From: Candidatus Micrarchaeota archaeon
GTDB taxonomy: Archaea > Micrarchaeota > Micrarchaeia > Anstonellales > Bilamarchaeaceae
Assembly (NCBI GenBank): GCA_037440825.1
Contig: JBBITJ010000021.1
Coordinates: 1-13,461 of the forward strand
Length of the DNA stretch: 13,461 nt
Direction of reading: 5' to 3'
How positions within the stretch are numbered: position 1 is the stretch's first letter; every line of letters starts with the position of its first letter. Below, one piece after another: positions 6,418-13,461 of this stretch. The notes under the pieces are model-generated. The model had not been told where the DNA came from. It did no database searches and saw only the letters and a list, made by a program, of their open reading frames with translations. The position numbers and the translations under genes are program-made.

Positions 6418-6433
6418 CAGACAAGGTGAATGA

Positions 6434-6736
6434 ATGACAGAGAAATGCGATGACAAGAACTGCTATGTCCACTCCGGACTCAAGGTGAGGGGCGGAAGGA
6501 TCGAAGGAGTGGTCGTGAGTGACAAGGGCAAGAGGACCATAATCGTGGAAAAGAACACGACCTCCATCATGCCCAAGTACAACAGGATTTCCAAGAACGT
6601 CAGCCGCGTGCCTGCCCACAACCCGCCGTGCATAAACGCCAAAACGGGAGACAAGGTGCGCATAGGCGAGACCAAGAAGATAAGCAAGACCAAGGCATGG
6701 ACTGTGCTCGAAATCTTGAAGGGCGACAAGCAGTAA
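6434..6736 (+). CDS. rps17: 30S ribosomal protein uS17 (archaeal type)
   Basis: CDDKNCYVHSGLKVRG, GVVVSDK..RTIIVE, PKYNR, AHNPPCI, GDKVRIGETKKISKTK. GGTG SD 5 nt upstream. Confidence 0.97.
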   Translation: MTEKCDDKNCYVHSGLKVRGGRIEGVVVSDKGKRTIIVEKNTTSIMPKYNRISKNVSRVPAHNPPCINAKTGDKVRIGETKKISKTKAWTVLEILKGDKQ

Positions 6737-6747
6737 CGGTGATTTGA

Positions 6748-7146
6748 ATGAAAGGACTCGGATCCAAGGTTACGCGCGGGCTGCAGGTCGGCAGCAAGGT
6801 CGTTTGCCACGACAACAGCGGCGCGAAGGAGATTGAGATCATAAACGTGCTCAACTTCAGGGGCGTGAGGAACAGGTATCCCGCCGCTGGCGTAGGGGAC
6901 GTCGTGATAGCTTCGGTGAAGAAAGGCAAGCCGGAGATGATAAAGAAGGTCGTGAGGGCGCTCATAATAAGGCAGAAGATGCCGTTCAAGAGACCCAACG
7001 GGCTCACGGTGGAGTTCGAGGACAACGCTGCGGTGCTCATCACGGAGGACGGGCTTCCGGTGGGAACCGAGATCAAGGGCGTGGTAGCGAAGGAGGTATT
7101 CGAGAGGTACCCAAAGGTTACGGCCATTGCGCCTGCGGTTATCTGA
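6748..7146 (+). CDS. rpl14: 50S ribosomal protein uL14
   Basis: DNSGAK, AGVGDVVIASVKKGKPEM, FEDNAAV, GTEIKG.VAKE. Confidence 0.98.
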   Translation: MKGLGSKVTRGLQVGSKVVCHDNSGAKEIEIINVLNFRGVRNRYPAAGVGDVVIASVKKGKPEMIKKVVRALIIRQKMPFKRPNGLTVEFEDNAAVLITEDGLPVGTEIKGVVAKEVFERYPKVTAIAPAVI

Positions 7147-7160
7147 ATTGGTGATTATGC

Positions 7161-7580
7161 ATGAAGAGAGATGAAGCAAGGAAGGCGCGTTACGAGGCCA
7201 AGCTCCACGAGCGCAAGAACCTCATGAACATCCACGTTTCGAAGGACCTCAAGGCGAGGCTGAACATCAAGAAAAGGGCTCTGCTCGCGAACAAGGGCGA
7301 CAGCGTCAAGGTGATGAGAGGCTCGAACAGGGGCAAGAGCGCGAAGATCGCGAAGGTGAACTACAAAAAGCTCGTCGTTTACCTGGAAGGCATCTCGCGC
7401 AAGAACGCGAAGGGCACGGAAGTGCTGATTCCGTTCCAACCCTCGAACCTCATGCTCACGGACCTCAACATGACCGAGGCGAGGAAGAAGGAGTTCGGAA
7501 ACGTAGCCCCTGCGGCTGCGAAGCCCGCGGCAGTTCCGGCCAGCGCGCCCAAGGCGGCGGCTCCGGCAAAATCGCAATAA
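7161..7580 (+). CDS. rpl24: 50S ribosomal protein uL24 with Ala/Pro/Lys-rich C-terminal tail
   Basis: KOW motif KGDSVKVMRGSNRGK, G.EV.IP..PSNLM. Conserved position after L14. Confidence 0.96.
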   Translation: MKRDEARKARYEAKLHERKNLMNIHVSKDLKARLNIKKRALLANKGDSVKVMRGSNRGKSAKIAKVNYKKLVVYLEGISRKNAKGTEVLIPFQPSNLMLTDLNMTEARKKEFGNVAPAAAKPAAVPASAPKAAAPAKSQ

Positions 7581-7593
7581 CCAAGGTGAAATG

Positions 7594-8295
7594 ATGGCTA
7601 AAAAAGGAGGAACATACCACACTAAAAGGCTCGCGATTCCGAAAGCTATTCCGGTGAGCGACAAGAAGGCCAAGAAATTCATGATGACCACTTCTCCGGG
7701 AACGCACCCGAAGAAGCAGGCCATACCGCTCGGAGTGCTCATAAGAGACGTGCTCGGAGTGACCAAGAGCGCGGCTGAGACCAAGAAGGTGCTCAACGCG
7801 AAGCAGGTGCTCGTGGACGGAAAGGTGAGGAAGGACGAGAGGTTCCCGGTAGGACTCATGGACTCGGTCACTTTCGCGAACGCGAAGAAGTCCTACAGAA
7901 TTATAGTAAATAAGAAGGGTCAGCTCATTCCGGTAGAGACCAAAGACGCCGCCAGGAAGATCTGCAAGGTAGTCGGCAAGCGCACCGTGAAGGGCGGCAA
8001 GTTCAACATAACGCTCCACGACGGAAGGAACATAGCGACCGACGACAAGGTCAACGTCGGGGACAGCGTGATAATCAGCGTCCCGGACCAGAAGATCGCC
8101 AAGGTGCTCAAGTTCCAGGACGGCGCGAAGTGCCTCATCACGGAAGGGAAGCACGCGGGCACGGTCGCGAAGCTCGAAAGCATAATCGCGAGGCAGGAAG
8201 GGAACTGGCCAGAGGCCAGGCTCAAGGGCGCAGAGGAATTCATCACCGTGGCCAGGTATCTGCTCGTCGTTGATGATTCGTACGAAGGTGCATGA
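7594..8295 (+). CDS. rps4e: 30S ribosomal protein eS4
   Basis: HTKRLAIP, SPGTHP, IPLGVLIRDVL, VLVDGKVRKDERFPVGLMD, LHDGRNI, GKHAG. Start at ATG 7594 or 7591. Confidence 0.97.
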   Translation: MAKKGGTYHTKRLAIPKAIPVSDKKAKKFMMTTSPGTHPKKQAIPLGVLIRDVLGVTKSAAETKKVLNAKQVLVDGKVRKDERFPVGLMDSVTFANAKKSYRIIVNKKGQLIPVETKDAARKICKVVGKRTVKGGKFNITLHDGRNIATDDKVNVGDSVIISVPDQKIAKVLKFQDGAKCLITEGKHAGTVAKLESIIARQEGNWPEARLKGAEEFITVARYLLVVDDSYEGA

Positions 8296-8297
8296 TC

Positions 8298-8813
8298 ATG
8301 GCTGAGAATCCTATGAAAGAGATAATGGTCGAGAAGGTCACCGTGAACATCGGTGTCGGCTCGCCCGGAGAGAAGATGGATGGGATAAAGGGATTCATGG
8401 AGAAGCTCACTGGAGCTAAGTTCGTGGAGACCAAGGCAAAGAAGAGGAACCCGGTGTTCAAGCTCAGGGCGGGGCTGCCGATAGGGCTCAAAACCACGCT
8501 GAGGGGCAAGAGCGCGATGGAGTTCCTGGACAAGGCACTCGATTCCAGGAAGAGGAAGCTAAGCGCGTCCAACTTCGACAAGCGCGGGAACTTCGCGTTC
8601 GGGGTGAAGGAGTGCATAGACTTCCCCGGAGCTAAGTACGACCCCAAGGTCGGAGTGTTCGGATTCGACGTGTGCGTGACCCTCAAGAGGAGGGGCTGGC
8701 GCGTGAAGGATCGGATGAGAAGGGCGTCCAAGATAGGCAAATCCCATTTCATAAGCAAGGACGAGGCGATAGGGTTCGCGAAGAGCAAACTCAACGCGAA
8801 GCTCGAGGAATAG
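8298..8813 (+). CDS. rpl5: 50S ribosomal protein uL5
   Basis: NPMKEI.VEKVTVNIGVG, PIGLKTTLRG, NFDKRGNFAFG, YDPKVGVFGFDVCV. ATG 8298 fits the SD spacing. Confidence 0.97.
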   Translation: MAENPMKEIMVEKVTVNIGVGSPGEKMDGIKGFMEKLTGAKFVETKAKKRNPVFKLRAGLPIGLKTTLRGKSAMEFLDKALDSRKRKLSASNFDKRGNFAFGVKECIDFPGAKYDPKVGVFGFDVCVTLKRRGWRVKDRMRRASKIGKSHFISKDEAIGFAKSKLNAKLEE

Positions 8814-8823
8814 AGGTGTGATG

Positions 8824-8982
8824 ATGTCAAAGGTTGCGCTCGAGGAGAAATTCAAGGGGAAGGGCACGAGGAAGTGCAGGATCTGCGGCAACGCAAGGGC
8901 AGTGATCAGGAAGTACAACCTCCACATTTGCAGGAGGTGCTTTCGCGAGGTCGCAGAGCACATAAACTTCAGGAAGTACTAA
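8824..8982 (+). CDS. rps14: 30S ribosomal protein uS14 (zinc-binding type), absent from the ORF track
   Basis: Manual translation: MSKVALEEKFKGKGTRKCRICGNARAVIRKYNLHICRRCFREVAEHINFRKY*, with CxxC...CxxC. Lies between L5 and S8. Start at 8824 or 8821. Confidence 0.97.
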   Translation: MSKVALEEKFKGKGTRKCRICGNARAVIRKYNLHICRRCFREVAEHINFRKY

Positions 8983-8991
8983 GGTGATATG

Positions 8992-9372
8992 ATGGACATT
9001 CTTGCTGACGCGCTCAACACGATGAAGACGCACGAGATAGCGGGACAGAAGTTCTGCACCGTGAAGGCGTCCAAGCTCATCGCGAAGGTGCTTGAGATAC
9101 TGAAAACGGAAGGATACCTCTCAACTTACAAGCTGAAGGAGGACGGGAAGGGCAACCACTACGAAATCGAGCTGGCCGGGAAAATAAACGAGGCCGGAGT
9201 GGTGAAGCCGAGGTTCTCGGTGAAGAAGAACGAGTGGGCCAAGTACGAGCAGCGCTTCCTTCCCGCCTACAACATAGGCGTGATAATCGTCTCGACCTCG
9301 CAGGGCATAATAACCAACTTTGAGGCGCAGGAAAAAGGGATAGGCGGAAGGCTCGTTGCCTACGTTTACTAG
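8992..9372 (+). CDS. rps8: 30S ribosomal protein uS8
   Basis: MDILADAL, L.GKIN..GVVKPRF, E.RFLPA, IVSTSQGI, GIGGRLVAYVY. Confidence 0.98.
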   Translation: MDILADALNTMKTHEIAGQKFCTVKASKLIAKVLEILKTEGYLSTYKLKEDGKGNHYEIELAGKINEAGVVKPRFSVKKNEWAKYEQRFLPAYNIGVIIVSTSQGIITNFEAQEKGIGGRLVAYVY

Positions 9373-9381
9373 GTGTTGATC

Positions 9382-9867
9382 ATGGAGATACCGAACGGAT
9401 TGACAATTACCGTCGACGGCCTCACCGTGAAGGTGAAGGGTCCCAAGGGCGAGGTCAGCAAGCTTTTCAAGGCGAAGGACACGTCCATAAAGGTCAACGG
9501 AAACACTGTGCTCGTGGAGAGCCCGGACAGGGCGCTCAGGGGCACGATAGAGGCGCAGATCAGGAACATGATGTACGGCGTGCAGAACGGGTACTCGAGG
9601 AAGATGAAGATAATCTACGCGCACTTCCCGTTCACTTTCGAAGTGAAGGGAAACACGGTGAACGTGAAGAACATGCTCGGAGAGAAGGTCCAGCGCACAT
9701 TCACGCTCGTAGGCGGCACGAAGATCGAGGTAAAGGGCCAGGACCTCACGATTTCCGGCCCTGACAAGGACGCGGTCGGGCAGACAATCGCGAACATGAA
9801 GACTGCGCTCAAGATAAAGGAGAAGGACTGCCGCGTGTTCCAGGACGGCGTGTACGAGGTTGCGTGA
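9382..9867 (+). CDS. rpl6: 50S ribosomal protein uL6
   Basis: VKGPKGE, GT..AQIRNM..GV..GY, YAHFP, NMLGEK, VGQTIAN, KD.RVFQDGVY. ATG 9382 fits the SD spacing. Confidence 0.97.
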   Translation: MEIPNGLTITVDGLTVKVKGPKGEVSKLFKAKDTSIKVNGNTVLVESPDRALRGTIEAQIRNMMYGVQNGYSRKMKIIYAHFPFTFEVKGNTVNVKNMLGEKVQRTFTLVGGTKIEVKGQDLTISGPDKDAVGQTIANMKTALKIKEKDCRVFQDGVYEVA

Positions 9868-9886
9868 TTGCAAGCCGGTGATTATG

Positions 9887-10216
9887 ATGAACAAGAAATC
9901 CAAGCCCAAATTCAATGTCCTGAACGCAGGATTCAAGAAGAGGGTGAAGCACAGATGGAGGAAGCCTCGGGGCATAGACAATAAGAAGAGGATACGCCTC
10001 GCCTGGGCAGGCGCCAACCCGCGCATAGGGTACAAGAACGCGGCTGAAGTTAGGGGGATGCATCCGAGCGGCCTCATGGAAGTGCTGGTGCACAACGCAA
10101 TGGAGCTCAAGGCCGCGGCAGGAAAGGCGGCAAGGATCGCTTCGGGCGTGGGGAAGAAGAAAAGGGACGAGCTCAGGAAGCTCGCTGCGGAAATGAAGAT
10201 CCCGCTCCTCAATTAG
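9887..10216 (+). CDS. rpl32e: 50S ribosomal protein eL32
   Basis: KPKF, WRKPRGIDNK.R, P.IGY, RGMHPSGL.EVLVHN, IASGVGKKKR. Start at ATG 9887 or 9884. Confidence 0.97.
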   Translation: MNKKSKPKFNVLNAGFKKRVKHRWRKPRGIDNKKRIRLAWAGANPRIGYKNAAEVRGMHPSGLMEVLVHNAMELKAAAGKAARIASGVGKKKRDELRKLAAEMKIPLLN

Positions 10217-10224
10217 GTGAAAAC

Positions 10225-10653
10225 ATGCTTTCGACGATAAGAAGGCTCGCGGCCGATATCCTCGGCGTCGGCGAGAACAAGATAAGGATAAAGCCCGAAG
10301 AGATCGGCAGGGCGGAAGGCGCGCTCACGCGCGAAGACGTCCGCGGCCTCATACGGGACAAGGTAGTGTACGTGAAGAGCGAGCCGGGCTTCAAGGTCAC
10401 GAACCAGAGGAAGAAGAAGCTCGCTGGCTCCAGAAGGGGAAGCATGAACACACGCACACCTTCCAAGGAGAAATGGATGACCAACGTGAGGGCGCAGAGG
10501 AAGTACCTTCGCCAGCTCGTCACAGAAGGAAGCCTGGAGAAGAAGCACAAGCGCGGCGTTTACATGAGGATAAAGGGCGGCTCTTTCAAAGGAAAGAAGG
10601 CCATGCTTCTCTACCTCAAGGAGAACGGGCTCTACGTCGAGCCGAAGAAATGA
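10225..10653 (+). CDS. rpl19e: 50S ribosomal protein eL19
   Basis: RRLAADILGVGENKI, A.TREDVR.LI, GSRRG, KEKWM..VRAQR..LR, YMRIKGGSFK. Confidence 0.97.
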   Translation: MLSTIRRLAADILGVGENKIRIKPEEIGRAEGALTREDVRGLIRDKVVYVKSEPGFKVTNQRKKKLAGSRRGSMNTRTPSKEKWMTNVRAQRKYLRQLVTEGSLEKKHKRGVYMRIKGGSFKGKKAMLLYLKENGLYVEPKK

Positions 10654-10668
10654 TAGCAAGGTGTTGAC

Positions 10669-11154
10669 ATGAAGATAAAGACCACATTCATGATGCCCTT
10701 CCGCAGGAGAAGGGAGGGGAAGACCAACTACGCCAAACGGCTGGCTGCGGTGAAGAGCGGCGAGACCCGGATGGTCGTAAGGAGGTCGAACAAGGGCTTC
10801 CTCGTGCAGTTCGTGGACTATGCCGAGAAGGGAGACAAGACGCTCTACAGCGTGCACTCCTCGAAGCTGAGCGAGGTGGGGTTCCCGGCAAAGGCGAACA
10901 CGCCTACTGCATACCTCTTAGGGCTCTACGCAGGGAAACACGCCAAGGCCAAGGGCGTGAAGAAGGCGATTGCGGACATAAACGTGACCGCATCCAGGGG
11001 CGCTGTGGTGTTCGCAGCGGTGAAGGGCGCGATCGACGCGGGGATAGCGATTCCCTTCGACGAATCCGTGCTTGTCGCCGAGAGGCTGAACGGCTCGCAC
11101 CTCAAGGGAGTGAAGGACGCCTTCGAGGCTGCAAAGAAGAAGATACTCGCGTGA
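10669..11154 (+). CDS. rpl18: 50S ribosomal protein uL18
   Basis: FRRRREGKTNY.KRL, RMVVRRSN, NTPTAYLLG, VFAAVKGAIDAG..IP. Confidence 0.97.
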   Translation: MKIKTTFMMPFRRRREGKTNYAKRLAAVKSGETRMVVRRSNKGFLVQFVDYAEKGDKTLYSVHSSKLSEVGFPAKANTPTAYLLGLYAGKHAKAKGVKKAIADINVTASRGAVVFAAVKGAIDAGIAIPFDESVLVAERLNGSHLKGVKDAFEAAKKKILA

Positions 11155-11168
11155 TTTGAGGTGCTTGC

Positions 11169-11807
11169 ATGGCTGAAAAGGTAGCGATTGTTGACAAGGA
11201 AACGTGGAATCCCAAGACCGAGATAGGGAGGATGGTCAAGAGCGGGGAAATCACTTCATTCGAGCAGATAGTGGACATGGGTAAGCCCGTGCTCGAGCCC
11301 GAGATAGCTGATGTGCTGCTCACAGGGATGGAGGCGGAGACGCTCCTGATAAAGAGCACCCAGCGCGTGACTGACTCCGGAAGGAAGATCCAGTTCCGCG
11401 TAGTCGTGGTCGTGGGAGACAAAAACGGCCACGTGGGCATAGGAGTCGGGAAATCCGACGAGATAAAGCCCGGTATAGATTATGCGGTGATGGACGCGAA
11501 GAAGAAGATGATATCGCTCAAGAGGGCGTGCGGATCTTGGGAGTGCAAGTGCCACACCGAGCACTCCATACCCAAGGCGACCACGGGCAAGGAGGGAAGC
11601 ACGGTGGTGACGCTCAAGCCGGCCCCCAAGGGGCTCGGGCTAGCGTCCAACGCGACGGTCAAGAAAGTCCTTTCGATCGCAGGAGTGAAGGACGCATGGA
11701 GCACCACGAGCGGGAACACGAACAACGTGTACAACACCGCGATGGCGACCATAAAGGCGCTCGAGAACATCTCGATGGTCAAGCCGCACAACGTGAGGGG
11801 CAGCTGA
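11169..11807 (+). CDS. rps5: 30S ribosomal protein uS5
   Basis: W.PKT.IGR.V..G.I, EPEI.D.LL, QRVTDSGR, CGSWEC.C...HSIP, L.PAPKGLGL. Confidence 0.98.
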   Translation: MAEKVAIVDKETWNPKTEIGRMVKSGEITSFEQIVDMGKPVLEPEIADVLLTGMEAETLLIKSTQRVTDSGRKIQFRVVVVVGDKNGHVGIGVGKSDEIKPGIDYAVMDAKKKMISLKRACGSWECKCHTEHSIPKATTGKEGSTVVTLKPAPKGLGLASNATVKKVLSIAGVKDAWSTTSGNTNNVYNTAMATIKALENISMVKPHNVRGS

Positions 11808-11818
11808 AGGTGAAGGAC

Positions 11819-12250
11819 ATGAAAATCGCAATAATACGCATCAGGGGTCGCAGGAACATGAACCCGAAGATCAAGAAGACGCTCGAGCTCATGAACCTCA
11901 GGAAGCCGAACCACTGCGTCCTCATGGACGACAGCCCGTACACGAAGGGCATGCTCAACCTCGTGAAGGACTACGTGACATTCGGTCCGATAAACGAGGA
12001 CGCTCTCGTGCACCTCCTTTACAAGAGAGGGAAGAAGGGTTCGAAGAGGCTCTCGGAAATCTCAAATGAGGCGGAGATAAAGGACATGGCCAAGAAGATC
12101 GCCGAAGGCGCGAAGGTGAAGGAATTTGTTGATCCGGTATTCACGCTGAAGCCGCCGAGCGGAGGAAGGAGGGATATAAAGCAGCCCTACCCTGCAGGCG
12201 AGCTGGGCGCGAGACCGGATATGTCGACCCTCGTGAAGAGGATGGCATAA
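11819..12250 (+). CDS. rpl30: 50S ribosomal protein uL30 (archaeal long form)
   Basis: MKIAIIRIRG, TLELMNL...NHCV, GML..VKDYVTFG, F.LKPP.GG, GELG.R. True start is ATG 11819 after the GGTG SD. Confidence 0.96.
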   Translation: MKIAIIRIRGRRNMNPKIKKTLELMNLRKPNHCVLMDDSPYTKGMLNLVKDYVTFGPINEDALVHLLYKRGKKGSKRLSEISNEAEIKDMAKKIAEGAKVKEFVDPVFTLKPPSGGRRDIKQPYPAGELGARPDMSTLVKRMA

Positions 12251-12266
12251 TCATCTGGTGATAATC

Positions 12267-12686
12267 ATGGCAAACAGGAAAGATCGCAAAACGAAAAGCT
12301 GGCGCGGCCACCGCACGCACGGTGCGGGCAACGTCAAGAACAGGAGGGGAAGCGGAAACCGCGGAGGAGTCGGAGGCGCAGGGCTTAACAAGCACAGGAA
12401 GACCTGGACAGTTAAGTTCGAGCCCAAGCACTTCGGAAACTTCGGCTTCGTGAACCCGACGCACAAGGACGTCTGCACGATGAACGTGTTCGAGATCGAG
12501 AACAAGGCGAAGAAGGGCGAGCTCCAGAAGAAGGACGGCAAGCTCTCCATCACCTTCGAAGGCAAGGTGCTCGGCGCAGGAGAAATCACGGTTCCGGTCA
12601 GCGTCAAGGCGGAAGGCTGGAGCAAGAAGGCCGAGGACAAGATAAAGCAGGCGGGCGGCAGCATCGAGAAGATCGCCGCTTCCTGA
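12267..12686 (+). CDS. rpl15: 50S ribosomal protein uL15
   Basis: RGHRTHGAG..KNRRGSGNRGG.G.AG..KH, FG.FGF, KVLGAG, S.KA.DKI.QAGG. Confidence 0.97.
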   Translation: MANRKDRKTKSWRGHRTHGAGNVKNRRGSGNRGGVGGAGLNKHRKTWTVKFEPKHFGNFGFVNPTHKDVCTMNVFEIENKAKKGELQKKDGKLSITFEGKVLGAGEITVPVSVKAEGWSKKAEDKIKQAGGSIEKIAAS

Positions 12687-12687
12687 A

Positions 12688-12716
12688 TTCCATTTTCCAT
12701 TTGGTTTTTGCTTCGT
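12688..12716 (+). terminator. T-rich terminator-like tract after rpl15
   Basis: TTCCATTTTCCATTTGGTTTTTGCTTCGT directly after the rpl15 stop codon. Confidence 0.5.
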
Positions 12717-12730
12717 TCGATTGAATTTCA

Positions 12731-12744
12731 TTAAGCTTTTAAAA
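12731..12744 (+). promoter_or_regulatory. Probable separate TATA promoter for secY
   Basis: TTTTAAAA at 12737-12744 in a 101 bp gap. It is about 43 nt before the secY ATG, leaving room for a short leader containing the GGTG SD. Confidence 0.55.
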
Positions 12745-12787
12745 GTAGGGACAGAAGAGGAGCACAAAACTCGTCAGCGGTGAACAA

Positions 12788-13461
12788 ATGGGTCTCATAG
12801 ACATACTCTCATCCATCGCAAAAGTCCTTCCTGAAGTCAAAGTCTCGGACAGGCCAGTCATGATCAAGGAGAAGATCATGTGGACCGTTGCGGCGCTCGC
12901 GATATTCTTCATCATGTACAACGTCACCGCCTACGGAGTGAACCAGAGCATGGTCGCAACGGATTTCCTCCAGGTGATAACCGCTTCCAAGATAGGGTCG
13001 CTCCTTACCGTGGGCATAGGGCCGATAGTGCTCGCATCCATATTCCTCCAGCTCTTCAAGGGCGCAGGGCTCATAAACCTGGACATGAACAAGATGGAAG
13101 AGAGGAAGAAGTTCCACGAGGCGCAGAAGGTCCTCGCGATAGTGCTCGCGCTGGTGGAATCCGCGATTTTCGTTTACAGCGGGAAGACGCTCCTTTTCGA
13201 CACGCAAGTGTCGACAGATGCGACCGGAGCGGTAATCGGGACTATAATCAACCCGGTGACCGCCTCGCTGGTGATATTACAGATCGCGACAGCTGCGATA
13301 ATACTTTTCTACCTTGATGAGGTAGTATCCAAATACGGGATAGGAAGCGGCATAAGCCTGTTCATTGCAGCCGGTGTTTCGCTGGCGATAATAGGGGGCG
13401 TCACGAACCTCGTGTTTGGGGAGAACGGAGTGACCGAAACGCTCGTGGGAGGAGGGGCTGA
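12788..13461 (+). CDS. secY: Preprotein translocase subunit SecY (5' part, runs off the window)
   Basis: Manual translation: MGLIDILSSIAKVLPEV...KEKIMWT...GSLLTVGIGPIVLASIFLQLFKGAGLI...ILFYLDEVVSKYGIGSGISLFIAAGVS. Canonical position after L15. Confidence 0.97.
   Translation, partial: MGLIDILSSIAKVLPEVKVSDRPVMIKEKIMWTVAALAIFFIMYNVTAYGVNQSMVATDFLQVITASKIGSLLTVGIGPIVLASIFLQLFKGAGLINLDMNKMEERKKFHEAQKVLAIVLALVESAIFVYSGKTLLFDTQVSTDATGAVIGTIINPVTASLVILQIATAAIILFYLDEVVSKYGIGSGISLFIAAGVSLAIIGGVTNLVFGENGVTETLVGGGA

Noticed and set aside
6270..6420. tRNA, 5S rRNA, SRP RNA, RNase P RNA or C/D box sRNA identity for the leader
   Set aside because: No T-loop/cloverleaf, SRP helix-8 motif, RNase P P4 motif or RUGAUGA box was found by eye. 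An Rfam search is needed to be certain.
6261..6437. 58-aa + strand ORF (MIELRFQGYCRKDLFLMQLP...) whose TGA overlaps the rps17 ATG, in the position where Rpp29 usually sits
   Set aside because: No resemblance to Rpp29. Codons are atypical for this window (CTA, TTT, TTG, TTA, AAT). The ATG is only 14 nt from the TATA box, so it lies upstream of the predicted TSS. RNA structure explains the region better, though a uORF is not fully excluded.
11528..11818. 97-aa N-terminal extension of uL30 in the ORF track
   Set aside because: It is an alternative frame inside rps5. The SD-supported start is ATG 11819.
2896..12767. Many long antisense or alternative-frame ORFs (e.g. 2896-4041, 6463-7179, 9121-10212, 12141-12767 on the - strand)
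   Set aside because: They are shadows of well-supported genes with strong GC3 bias and show no recognisable motifs or start signals.
1..13461. CRISPR array, transposase/IS, integrase, intron/intein, frameshifted r-protein or stop-codon recoding
   Set aside because: No repeat-spacer periodicity, terminal repeats or interrupted genes were seen. All recognised proteins are continuous, and TAA, TAG and TGA all act as normal stops.

Overview
Archaeal chromosomal window. The evidence is the eS4/eL32/eL19 genes, archaeal-type uS17 and SecY, TATA/BRE promoters and a uniform GGTG Shine-Dalgarno core. The compact proteins suggest a DPANN (Micrarchaeota-like) host, which is inference only. The right half (6434-13461) is the spc ribosomal-protein cluster: S17-L14-L24-S4e-L5-S14-S8-L6-L32e-L19e-L18-S5-L30-L15-secY, with secY truncated by the window edge. 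It is detached from the usual upstream S10 block. The left half holds an unknown polytopic membrane protein, a short VIT1/CCC1-like transporter, a DUF1846/UPF0371 protein, Y-family DNA polymerase IV, a membrane-anchored rhodanese and a DEAD-box RNA helicase. No CRISPR array, mobile element, tRNA or rRNA was seen. The most unusual part is the ~570 bp region (5867-6433) between the divergent helicase and S17 genes. It carries a ~140 nt multi-hairpin leader ahead of the r-protein operon and a structured ~155 nt helicase leader. The helicase leader ends in a correctly spaced SD followed by an AUA codon instead of AUG. Together these suggest RNA-level control of ribosome biogenesis, a hypothesis that needs comparative and experimental testing.
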